Positions 1 to 8,314 of a stretch of DNA of 42,749 nucleotides are shown here, piece by piece. The stretch spans positions 1 to 42,749 of the forward strand of contig DAOTZN010000111.1 in NCBI GenBank assembly GCA_034434095.1, in the 5' to 3' direction. The notes under the pieces are model-generated. The model was not told the origin of the DNA and ran no database searches. It saw only the letters and a list, made by a program, of their open reading frames with translations. The position numbers were made by a program, and so were the translations under genes. Each line of letters opens with the position of its first letter. Positions within the stretch are counted from its first letter, which is position 1. This DNA comes from Anaerolineales bacterium (GTDB lineage Bacteria; Chloroflexota; Anaerolineae; Anaerolineales; DRKV01).

Positions 1-29
1 AACCCACCCTGCGAGTACGATGTCGCGAG

Positions 30-130
30 GCCACCCGCTCAGGTTGTGGAAATCTTTTGGTCTGAAGGGGTAGCGGAGGACAATGCCCTCCGCTACCCCT
101 TTCACGAACTGAGGCAGGACTTCAGTCCGA
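30..130 (+). repeat. M1 element copy 1 (GGGTAGCGGAGG hairpin plus CACGAACTGAGGCAGGACTTCAGTCCGA core)
   Basis: Perfect 15-bp hairpin at 65-79 / 87-101, followed by a 32-nt core at 99-130 that is identical, in reverse complement, to 18473-18504. Confidence 0.85.
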
Positions 131-411
131 GGAACCTGCTTTGCGTGAACCCTTCAATGTCGAAGAACCAATACGCCCAATCGGGCAGTTATTCGCGGGT
201 GCAAAAAAATACGCTCGTGGCTCACCGGCCTGAGACTGGGGTTTGATCAAAGATTGGTCAACGAATGGGCCTCTCTTCACATCTCTAATAGCCTACATCA
301 TTTCTACGAGATTGCAAGGCACATGAACAACGCAAAGGGGTACAATAATTTTAGAGAAGTCTTCCCAAAACATTTTGTCTCCATCTGTTATCTCACTCCT
401 GAGGAGGAAGT

Positions 412-1587
412 ATGCGCCCTCGAATTATCGCCATTCTGCTATTTGTATTCATAGGACTAACGGCCTGTAATTTACCCTCGGCCAACAATCCGGCCACCCA
501 ACCCCCCGCCGCGAACATCGAGACCATTGCAGCACAAACAATCGCAGCCCAACAAACCATCCTGGCAGGCACCTCCCAACCCACGATCACGCCTGCACCG
601 GTCACGATGTTGCCCCTGGCCACCACGCCCCCTGCACCGACCGACACCGCCGCCCCCGGTGCGCCAACCAGCACGCCAATCCCCATTTCTACCAACACCC
701 CGGCGACACCCTGCAATCGAGCGGATTTCATCACCGATGTAACCGTACCGGATGACTCACAATTCCGTCCCGGCGATACCTTTGTAAAAACCTGGCGCTT
801 GAAGAACACCGGTACCTGTACCTGGAACACCAACTACGCGCTGGTCTTTTCCGAAGGCGATAAAATGGGAGACACGGTAGAAGTCCCCCTCAACACCACT
901 GTTGCCCCCAACCAAACGGTAGATCTATCCGTCAGCCTGACGGCCCCCAACGATTTGGGTTCTTATCAGGGCGATTGGTTGCTACGCGACGATAAAGGCG
1001 TTACCTTCGGCATCGGTGAGCAAGCCAACAAGGCTTTTTGGGTACGCATCAAGGTCACACTGCCCGGCGGCATCACCTTCGACTTTCTGTCCCAGGCCTC
1101 CAATGCCACCTGGGAATACGATACCAGCACCGAAACGGGCAGCCTGACCTACAACGGCGCCGAGAGCGACCCACACGGCGCAGTCGGTATCAAATCTGGG
1201 CTCACCTTGGAAGATGGACGCGCGACCGGCACCGTACTGCTCACTATCCCCCCACAAAACAACGATGGCGTCGTCAGCGGCACCTACCCGGCTTACCAGG
1301 TTTATCGCGGCGACCGGCTCAAAGGCCTGCTAGCCTTTCAAGCCGAAAGCGATGGGTCGTGCGGCCCAGGCAAAGCGGTCTTCATCATCCGCTACAAAGA
1401 CACCAGCGACAGCACCGTCCACACGCTGGGGCAATGGGAGCACACCTGCGATGGAAAACCGGTCAGAGTGGACCTCAGCCTGGACGACCTGGCCGGCAAA
1501 GAAGTACGCTTCATGCTGCTCCTGGATGCCGACGGCTCTCCAAATGGCGACCGGGGTGTGTGGTCTTCGTTCCGCGTAGAACGCTGA
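412..1587 (+). CDS. Secreted lipoprotein: Pro/Thr/Ala-rich linker, NBR1 FW-like Ig-type domain, uncharacterised C-terminal domain
   Basis: ORF with a GAGGAGG Shine-Dalgarno a few nt upstream. The N-terminus MRPRIIAILLFVFIGLTAC carries an LTAC lipobox, followed by a long P/T/A-rich tether. The segment DVTVPDDSQFRPGDTFVKTWRLKNTGTCTW...WLLRDDKG resembles the NBR1 FW-type domain (from memory, not searched). The last ~180 aa are unassigned. Confidence 0.7.
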   Translation: MRPRIIAILLFVFIGLTACNLPSANNPATQPPAANIETIAAQTIAAQQTILAGTSQPTITPAPVTMLPLATTPPAPTDTAAPGAPTSTPIPISTNTPATPCNRADFITDVTVPDDSQFRPGDTFVKTWRLKNTGTCTWNTNYALVFSEGDKMGDTVEVPLNTTVAPNQTVDLSVSLTAPNDLGSYQGDWLLRDDKGVTFGIGEQANKAFWVRIKVTLPGGITFDFLSQASNATWEYDTSTETGSLTYNGAESDPHGAVGIKSGLTLEDGRATGTVLLTIPPQNNDGVVSGTYPAYQVYRGDRLKGLLAFQAESDGSCGPGKAVFIIRYKDTSDSTVHTLGQWEHTCDGKPVRVDLSLDDLAGKEVRFMLLLDADGSPNGDRGVWSSFRVER

Positions 1588-2660
1588 TGAGTCTGGAAGC
1601 ACGCATCAAAGCGCAGGCCCGTCAACTAGGGTTTGATCTGGTGGGCATTACCACCTGTGATCCACCGCCTCACTTTGACGCCTATGCGCAATGGGTTGCG
1701 GCGGGTCGGCACGGCACCATGCACTACCTGGCCAGCGAACGCGCCCTCGCTCGCCGTGCCAACCCGCGCCTCATCTTGCCAGAATGCCAAAGCCTCCTGG
1801 TATTGGGAATGCGCTACACCCCCCAAACCACCGAAGAGCCTGCCCCCACGCAAGGGAGGGTGGCTTCTTATGCCTGGGGAGATGACTATCATGAACTCAT
1901 TCCACCGCGCCTGCAAGCCCTGGTAGCCTTTATCGAAGCCGAAACCGGGGCTCCCGTCCCCAACCGCTGGTACACCGACACCGGCCCCGTCCTGGAGCGC
2001 GACCTGGCACAACGCGCCGGCCTGGGCTGGATTGGTAAAAACACCTGTCTGATTGCACCACGCGTGGGTTCTTACTTCTTCCTGGCCGAAATTTTGCTCG
2101 GTCTGGCCTTGCAGCCCGACACCCCCTTCACGAGCGACCATTGCGGCAGTTGCACCCGTTGTATCGAGGCCTGTCCCACCCAGTGCATCTTGCCAGACCG
2201 CACCCTGGACGCCCAACGCTGCATCTCCTATTTGACCATCGAGAACAAAGGGGAAATTCCGGAGAATTTACGCCCCCATCTGGATAACTGGATTTTTGGG
2301 TGTGACGTGTGCCAAATGGTTTGTCCCTGGAACCTGAGGTTTGCCGCGCCCCCCAAGGAAGCGGCTTTCGCCCCCCGCGAGGGGCTGCCTCACCCCGATT
2401 TAATCGCATCCTTAGCGCTAACCCCACAGGAATTCAACCGCAAATTCAAGGGCAGCCCCATCAAGCGCGCTAAACGACGCGGCTACCTGCGGAACGCGGC
2501 CGTCGCCCTGGGGAACAGATACACCCCAAAAGTCCGGCCAGCCCTGGAAACTGCGCTAAAGGACCCGGAACCGTTGGTACGTCAACATGCCCAATGGGCA
2601 TGCGAGCAGGCAACGCGACGCGCCAAAGGCGAATCTCAAAACAACCCCGACAACCAATGA
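1587..2660 (+). CDS. queG: Epoxyqueuosine reductase QueG
   Basis: The ATG at 1587 overlaps the upstream stop (TGATG). It has two 4Fe-4S motifs (CGSCTRCIEACP and CDVCQMVCPWN), a GLGWIGKNT motif, and a C-terminal HEAT-like LRNAAVALGN...DPEPLVRQHAQWA. The 1038 start on the ORF track is an in-frame extension running through the upstream gene and is not used. Confidence 0.9.
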   Translation: MSLEARIKAQARQLGFDLVGITTCDPPPHFDAYAQWVAAGRHGTMHYLASERALARRANPRLILPECQSLLVLGMRYTPQTTEEPAPTQGRVASYAWGDDYHELIPPRLQALVAFIEAETGAPVPNRWYTDTGPVLERDLAQRAGLGWIGKNTCLIAPRVGSYFFLAEILLGLALQPDTPFTSDHCGSCTRCIEACPTQCILPDRTLDAQRCISYLTIENKGEIPENLRPHLDNWIFGCDVCQMVCPWNLRFAAPPKEAAFAPREGLPHPDLIASLALTPQEFNRKFKGSPIKRAKRRGYLRNAAVALGNRYTPKVRPALETALKDPEPLVRQHAQWACEQATRRAKGESQNNPDNQ

Positions 2661-3862
2661 ATCCCTTTCAAGCCTCTCCCTTGTATCGAACCTTCCTTTT
2701 CCTTGCGCTCGTCCTGCTGGCTTGCGCCTGTCAACCAGCACAAGCCAGCCTCCCATCAAACACCACCGTGCAGCCCGCTGAAGGGGTCCTTGTGCTGGGA
2801 CAAGCCACAGCCACGCTGCGCCCCAGCCCAACTATAGCCATTTCTCCCATCGCCAACCTGCCCCCCGCGACACAACAGCCAACAACCGCGCCAGACACCC
2901 CAACACCCAGCCCTAGTCTCACATCCGCAGAAACCGTCCTACTCTTCAGCGGGCAAATCGTGCCGGCACGCTGCGTACAGGCCGGAGTAGACGCCCACGG
3001 CAACGCCGACTACATCTACGCCGAAGTCTTGTCCCTGCTGCAAGATGCCGATGCCACCATTGGCACGCTCAACGCATCCATCAGCGACTACTCACCGATG
3101 ACCGGTTGCATCGAGACTTTCGTACTGGTAGGTAGCAGCAACAATGCCGAGGCTATGGCTACAGCCGGGTTCGATGTCATGAGCGTAGCAACCAATCACA
3201 TCAAAAATTGCAACTCGCTCACCTGTGGCCATCGCGCCTTTCTGGATACGCTTGCCAACCTGCGGGCAGTCGGCATCCAACCGGTCGGGGCCGGAGAAAA
3301 TCTGCAACAGGCACTTCAACCCGTCGTCTTAGAAATCCATGGCATACGGTTTGTCATCGTCTCGTTAGGAGAAATCGAACCCAGTGCCTTTGCCGATGAA
3401 AACACCCCCGGCATTGCCCCTCTAAACGAAGAAAATTTACGTCAGGCTATCGCTGCCGCGCGTCAGATGGGCGACGTGGTCATTGTGATGCCACACTGGG
3501 GACCGGAATATTCCCCCAATCCCAACTGGAATCAACGTACCTACGCCCAAATTGCCGTAGATGCAGGCGCCGATTTAGTGGTGGGCAACCATACCCACGT
3601 CGTACAAGCCATGCAATACTTGCACGGTGTTCCGGTATTCTACGGGTTGGGGAATATGGTCTTTGACCAAACCTGGGACCACCAGAACCAACAGTCCGTG
3701 TTGTTGCGCGTGCGCTTTGTGGGAACACAGTTTGCCGGTTACGAATTGATCCCCCTATACACCGATGGTGATGGCACCATTCACTTGTCCGGGGAGGCCG
3801 AAAGTGCCGAAATATTAGGGCGCATCGAAGCCGCCAGCACTGCGCTGCCCCCCATGCCATGA
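2657..3862 (+). CDS. CapA family (PGA_cap, metallophosphatase-like) lipoprotein
   Basis: The ATG at 2657 overlaps the queG stop (ATGA). The signal and lipobox are FLFLALVLLACAC, followed by a P/T-rich linker. The HWGPEYSPNP...LVVGNHTHVVQ...GLGNMVFDQ motifs are typical of the CapA family. Confidence 0.8.
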   Translation: MNPFQASPLYRTFLFLALVLLACACQPAQASLPSNTTVQPAEGVLVLGQATATLRPSPTIAISPIANLPPATQQPTTAPDTPTPSPSLTSAETVLLFSGQIVPARCVQAGVDAHGNADYIYAEVLSLLQDADATIGTLNASISDYSPMTGCIETFVLVGSSNNAEAMATAGFDVMSVATNHIKNCNSLTCGHRAFLDTLANLRAVGIQPVGAGENLQQALQPVVLEIHGIRFVIVSLGEIEPSAFADENTPGIAPLNEENLRQAIAAARQMGDVVIVMPHWGPEYSPNPNWNQRTYAQIAVDAGADLVVGNHTHVVQAMQYLHGVPVFYGLGNMVFDQTWDHQNQQSVLLRVRFVGTQFAGYELIPLYTDGDGTIHLSGEAESAEILGRIEAASTALPPMP

Positions 3863-3916
3863 GCGGGTAGGCTTCCACAGTCTACCGTTTATCGCTGCGC
3901 CCTGCGCTCTTCCTCG

Positions 3917-4369
3917 TCAGCCCCCGCGACAATCGGCACACAAGCCAAAGAATTGCAGCCAGTGCGTCCGCACAACATAGCCGCTTTCATCGGCCACATG
4001 ATGGCTAAGCGTCTGCATGGCATCTGAATCACCGGAAAAATACTCCACCCGTCCGCACTTTTGGCAAATCAAGGGATGCTTATGGCCTTCCTGATTGGCA
4101 ATAAAGGCCTGACAACTATTCACATCGTGAATGCGCTGAATGAGGTGCAGTGCTTCTAACTTTTCGAGGGTACGATACACCGTTACCAGCCCGATCTGGG
4201 GATACTGCTGACGGGCACAGTCAAAAATTGTCTGGGGCGTCATCAAATACTGGCTACGGGCGACAACTTCTACTACCACACGACGCGGAGCGGTTAAACG
4301 ATAACCGGCCTCTTTCAAGCGCACCAGCCATTGATGCTCCTTGTTGGGATATTGATCCAAAGCGGCCAT
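3917..4369 (-). CDS. Fur family transcriptional regulator (Zur candidate from context)
   Basis: Winged-helix region LVTVYRTLEKLEALHLIQRI, HKHPLICQKCG (HxH...CxxC) and a C-terminal CADC, giving a Fur-family structural Zn site. It is the last gene of the metal-uptake operon, 4 nt after the preceding stop. Confidence 0.85.
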   Translation of the reverse strand: MAALDQYPNKEHQWLVRLKEAGYRLTAPRRVVVEVVARSQYLMTPQTIFDCARQQYPQIGLVTVYRTLEKLEALHLIQRIHDVNSCQAFIANQEGHKHPLICQKCGRVEYFSGDSDAMQTLSHHVADESGYVVRTHWLQFFGLCADCRGG

Positions 4370-4373
4370 GTCG

Positions 4374-4865
4374 CTACCCTACTTTGTAGCCAATCTGGCG
4401 TAAAAAGCCCTTGCGCCAGGCAATACCTTCTTCATCTTCCAACCCTAGCGGCGAGCCACCATCAACTACGCCGAGGATACCGCGCCCTTGTTCGGTTTGT
4501 GCGACAATGACTTCCGTAGGGTTAGCCGTCGCACAGTAAACACGCGTTACTTCTGGCACCATCTTCACGCTATTGAGCACGTTGATGGGGAAAAATCCAT
4601 CACCCAGGAAGATGATAAAACTGTGTCCGGCGCCAATGGCTTCGGCATTGCGCTGTGCCAGGGCAATCATCTTCTCATCGGTGCCGCTCCAGCGGATAAG
4701 CCGCCGACCGGATGCTTCACAAAACGCCAGCCCGAATTTAATTCCCGGTACCGCATTCACCAGCGCCTCGTGCAGGTCTTCCACAGTTTTGATGAAATGC
4801 GCTTGTCCCAGGATGAAGTTAATCGGCTCCGGTTTTTCGATGTGTACCACGTCTAAGTGCATCAT
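4374..4865 (-). CDS. Adenosine-specific kinase family protein (PF04008/DUF355-like); real function uncertain
   Basis: VVHIEKPEPINFILGQAHFIKTVEDLHEALVNAVPGIKFGLAFCEASG...GAGHSFIIFL...PINVLN...RGILGVVDG matches my recollection of the PAE2307-type family. GAGGTGG Shine-Dalgarno upstream. Confidence 0.7.
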   Translation of the reverse strand: MMHLDVVHIEKPEPINFILGQAHFIKTVEDLHEALVNAVPGIKFGLAFCEASGRRLIRWSGTDEKMIALAQRNAEAIGAGHSFIIFLGDGFFPINVLNSVKMVPEVTRVYCATANPTEVIVAQTEQGRGILGVVDGGSPLGLEDEEGIAWRKGFLRQIGYKVG

Positions 4866-4879
4866 ACCACCTCACTACA

Positions 4880-5491
4880 TCAGGGTTTATCAATCAAAAT
4901 AACGCCCTCTTTGGCCCCCATGGCAATACATTCCACCGGCTTTATGCGAAAGCGTTCGCCTTCGCTGGCCCAGCCGGTAGCCGCCTTGAGTACGCCCACA
5001 GCCAGGTGGCACACCGGTTCATCTGCCGTGCGGCCCCAGCACATCGGGCAACGCTCGATAATCCACTTCCAGTGGGTTTCGTCCTCTTCCACACGCACTT
5101 TCTGGTCGCTGACGGCATTGAAAAACTTGGCAAAAAACTCCAGGCCAACTTTAATGCGCTGTTGTAGCGAACCAATACGCATGGCCATTTGCGCCGCCTG
5201 CGCCACTTTGCCAAATTGTGATAAGCCATCGGCAAAGGATTGCTCACCGGCCCGGGTGGCAAAAACCTGCGCCCCACGGCTGCCATACATTTCCCAAAAA
5301 GCACGTTGAATTTGGGAAACATACTCAAAGGAAAATCCCTTTTCCATATTATCGGGTGGGTAATTACCAATCAGATGAGGCAGCCCGGCCAGGTTCAACA
5401 AGGCTGCCACGCCTTTTTCGCCCAGGATTTCCTCAGCCGAGGTCAAAACCACGCGCCCCCAACGGTTCGGGTAGAAATATTCTTCACTCAT
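4880..5491 (-). CDS. V4R (4-vinyl reductase-type) domain protein with a C-terminal Cys cluster
   Basis: GGAGG Shine-Dalgarno 11 nt upstream. The C-terminal region WKWIIERCPMCWGRTADEPVCHLAVGVL...PVECIAMG is typical of V4R small-molecule-binding domains. Confidence 0.7.
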   Translation of the reverse strand: MSEEYFYPNRWGRVVLTSAEEILGEKGVAALLNLAGLPHLIGNYPPDNMEKGFSFEYVSQIQRAFWEMYGSRGAQVFATRAGEQSFADGLSQFGKVAQAAQMAMRIGSLQQRIKVGLEFFAKFFNAVSDQKVRVEEDETHWKWIIERCPMCWGRTADEPVCHLAVGVLKAATGWASEGERFRIKPVECIAMGAKEGVILIDKP

Positions 5492-5592
5492 GCGTTAGCA
5501 ACCTCCAATCTCAGGTGATGTTTCATGAGCACAAAGTGGAATGCTTGCGTCTCAACACCGCACAGCAAACTCACGTTTACCGCATATCTGGA

Positions 5593-6441
5593 TTATACCA
5601 AGGTGCGCCCACGAATGTACCAAATTATAAAGAAAATTACAGTGATTACCAACACAATGGCTGCCCCTGACGGCAGGCCGGCATAGTAGGAGAAGTACAA
5701 CCCGATAACCCCGCTCACAGCCGCCAACAGCGCGGCTATAACCATCATAAAGGGCAAGCGCCTGGTGAGCAGTTGCGCCGCGGCCGCAGGGGTAACCAAC
5801 ATCGCCAGCATCAACGCCACGCCCACGGTTTGCAAGGCTACTACGATGGCAACCGCTATCAATACCAGCAACAAATTGTTCATCAGGCGCACCGGTAAGC
5901 GCAAAGTCACCGCCAGGACAGGGTCAAAAGAAAGCACCAAAAATTCTTTATAGAAAGCCACGACAATCAGCAACACCAGTCCCCCAAACAACGCACTCAA
6001 CCACAAATCCGGCGCCTGAACGCCCAACACATCGCCAAACAAAAAGTGTGTCAGGTCTACGCTATAGGTGCGTGTCGTGGAGATAATGGCAATGCCTAGG
6101 GCAAACATGCCGGCGAAGATAATGCCAATGGAGGTGTCTTCTCGCATTTTCACGCGGCGCGTTAGGGCCCCAATCCCCAACGCGGCCAGAATTGCAGTCC
6201 CCAGCGCCCACCAAAAGAGCGCACCGCTGCCGGCACCCAACACATACCCAACAGCCACGCCGGGCAAAATGCTATGGGCTAACGCATCGCCAAAGAAAGC
6301 CATGCCGCGCAGCACAACATAGGCCCCCACAACAGCACACACCACGCCAACAATCAACACCGCCAACAGGCCGCGCTGCATAAAAGCATATTGCAAGGGT
6401 TCCAACAGCCAGGCTACATGTGACAGGCTCCTCCGGCTCAT
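5593..6441 (-). CDS. Metal ABC transporter permease (ZnuB/TroCD family)
   Basis: Polytopic membrane protein. The conserved N-terminus begins near LLEPLQYAFMQRGLLAVL, so the ATG at 6441 is preferred over the ORF-track start at 6600. It also has the FFGDALAHSILPGVA motif. Confidence 0.85.
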   Translation of the reverse strand: MSRRSLSHVAWLLEPLQYAFMQRGLLAVLIVGVVCAVVGAYVVLRGMAFFGDALAHSILPGVAVGYVLGAGSGALFWWALGTAILAALGIGALTRRVKMREDTSIGIIFAGMFALGIAIISTTRTYSVDLTHFLFGDVLGVQAPDLWLSALFGGLVLLIVVAFYKEFLVLSFDPVLAVTLRLPVRLMNNLLLVLIAVAIVVALQTVGVALMLAMLVTPAAAAQLLTRRLPFMMVIAALLAAVSGVIGLYFSYYAGLPSGAAIVLVITVIFFIIWYIRGRTLV

Positions 6442-7285
6442 CATCGCAACAAGTATCGCCAACAGCAAGGCGCTGACTTTCGTCCAGGTTGAGTATGTGC
6501 GCATGCCCACCATAAGCACGCAACAAGTTATCGGCGGTGAAAACTTCTTTCGCCGTTCCCAGATGCAAAATGCGCTGATTGAGCAGCATAACCCGGTCAA
6601 AGCGTTCGGAAGCGATTTTCAAATCATGCAGCGCCATGAGCACGGTGACATGCTGCTGGCGCAGTACATCCAACACCTTAAACAATTCTTCTTGCGCAGG
6701 TACATCCAGGCCGGTCAGCGGTTCATCCATCAGCATCAATTGTGCCTCTTGCGCCAACGCCCGCGCAATGAACATGCGCTGCTGCTGCCCACCTGAAAGT
6801 TGCCCTATCTGACGTTTTGCCAGTGACCCCAATTTCACCACATCCAGCGCAGCATACACTCTCTCCCAATCCGCGCTGCTCGGACGGCGCAAAAGCCCAA
6901 TTTGACCAATACGCCCCATCATCACCACATCCGCCACGCTGACCGGAAACTTCCAATCCACATGGGAACGCTGCGGCACATAGGCAATGCACACATGCCC
7001 CTCGGGTTCCGCACCGTACACTCGAATGCTCCCTGACGTAGGTTCCAACACCCCGGCAATCAATTGGAAAAGCGTACTCTTACCGGCGCCATTCGGGCCG
7101 ATAACCGCCATACGTTCCCCGGCAAAGGCCTCAAAGGTAATGTCATCCAGCGCTACACCGTTCTTGTAGTGCAATCTAACGTCTTCCAGTCGCAAAATGG
7201 GTGCGTTGGGCTGATGGGGGGCGTGTGTTCGGCGCAATAAATGCGTAGTGCGCTGCAATTCTTTCAGAAGAGGAGAATTTGTCAT
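6272..7285 (-). CDS. Metal ABC transporter ATP-binding protein (ZnuC/TroB family)
   Basis: Walker A GPNGAGKST, signature LSGGQQQR, Walker B LMLMDEPLTGLD. The ATG overlaps the stop of the substrate-binding-protein gene (ATGA). The last ~55 codons are Cys-rich and overlap the permease gene in another frame (see findings). Confidence 0.85.
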   Translation of the reverse strand: MTNSPLLKELQRTTHLLRRTHAPHQPNAPILRLEDVRLHYKNGVALDDITFEAFAGERMAVIGPNGAGKSTLFQLIAGVLEPTSGSIRVYGAEPEGHVCIAYVPQRSHVDWKFPVSVADVVMMGRIGQIGLLRRPSSADWERVYAALDVVKLGSLAKRQIGQLSGGQQQRMFIARALAQEAQLMLMDEPLTGLDVPAQEELFKVLDVLRQQHVTVLMALHDLKIASERFDRVMLLNQRILHLGTAKEVFTADNLLRAYGGHAHILNLDESQRLAVGDTCCDDEPEEPVTCSLAVGTLAICFYAARPVGGVDCWRGVCCCGGLCCAARHGFLWRCVSP

Positions 7286-8244
7286 GGCATCAAACCATTC
7301 ACAATGGCATTCACGTTATAACGCATCCAATCCAGGTAAGTAGGGGCCGGGCCATCGGCAGCACTCAACGAATCGGTGTACAAAAAGACCAGTTGTTTAC
7401 CGGTATCGGCAGCCACCCGTTCAGCCAACGCCGGGTTGACCGTGTTGCCTACGAAAATCACTGGCACATCGTATTGCTGGATGGCATCTTCCAGGGCTGC
7501 AAGTTCTTGCGCCGAGGATTGCGCTAAGGTGCTGTAACCGGGGATGAGCGCCAATTGCTGCTCAAAGCCGTAACGGGCAGCAAAATGCCCCCACACCGCA
7601 TGATCGCTCACCAGAATACGCTCTTGTGCGGGAATTTTATCCACCTGAGCAGATACCCATGCGTCCAACGCCTGCAACTCCTGGGTGTACGCCTCGGCAC
7701 GCTGACGGTACGCATCCGCATGAGATGGATCGCGCTGCGCCAGGGTTTCGGCGATAACATCCACCCAGTGGATCACGTTATTGGGATCGGTCCACACATG
7801 GGGGTCGAATCGTCCTTCAGAGGACGCGCGCCCCTCCTGATGGGGTTCGTCTCCCGGACTTTCGGGTGGGAGGAAATCCCCAGAGAGGGGAGCCAACCCT
7901 TGAGAGAGATCCACCACCAGGGCATCCGAACGGGCATTATCCAATGCCGGCTGAAAAGAGAGTTCTAAACCCAGACCATTCAAAAACAGGATATCCGCGG
8001 AGGCGATCTGCTTCACATCCTGAGGCGTCACAGTGTAGGCATGGGGATCGGTATCCGGGGGCAGGAGCGTCTCCAGATGAACGTCCTCGCCACCGACACG
8101 CTGAACAGCATCGGCAATCAGGTTGGTGGTCGCCAATATCCTCAGGCGCCCATCGCTCGCCGGGGTAGCCGAAGGAGAAACACAGGCATTGAAAGATAGA
8201 CTTCCGACCAAAATAAGGAACAAGAGAAAGTAACGTGTGCGCAT
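7282..8244 (-). CDS. Metal ABC transporter substrate-binding lipoprotein, ZnuA/TroA family
   Basis: Signal and lipobox LSFNAC. Candidate metal ligands are DPHAY, DPHVW and SDHAVWGHF, a three-His pattern like ZnuA. It has an acidic/His loop, PPESPGDEPHQEGRASSEGRFDPH. Confidence 0.85.
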   Translation of the reverse strand: MRTRYFLLFLILVGSLSFNACVSPSATPASDGRLRILATTNLIADAVQRVGGEDVHLETLLPPDTDPHAYTVTPQDVKQIASADILFLNGLGLELSFQPALDNARSDALVVDLSQGLAPLSGDFLPPESPGDEPHQEGRASSEGRFDPHVWTDPNNVIHWVDVIAETLAQRDPSHADAYRQRAEAYTQELQALDAWVSAQVDKIPAQERILVSDHAVWGHFAARYGFEQQLALIPGYSTLAQSSAQELAALEDAIQQYDVPVIFVGNTVNPALAERVAADTGKQLVFLYTDSLSAADGPAPTYLDWMRYNVNAIVNGLMP

Positions 8245-8314
8245 GGGGAAAAAGGTCTCCTTATCTTATAATGAATCACTTGCGCCCTGAAAACATCATA
8301 CGGGACACCATTAA

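Noticed and set aside
46-246. Small ORFs inside repeat regions (46-246, 18092-18403 tail, 25405-25608, 25478-25672, 30985-31431, 31215-31505)
   Set aside because: Their sequences are translations of the M1, R1 and R2 repeats (for example LRYPFHELRQDFSP). They lack ribosome-binding sites, and the same DNA occurs in both orientations.
1038-1586. 540-aa ORF extending queG 183 codons upstream
   Set aside because: The extension overlaps the well-supported lipoprotein gene in another frame and has Arg/Pro/Gly-rich junk composition. The conserved QueG N-terminus starts at the ATG at 1587.
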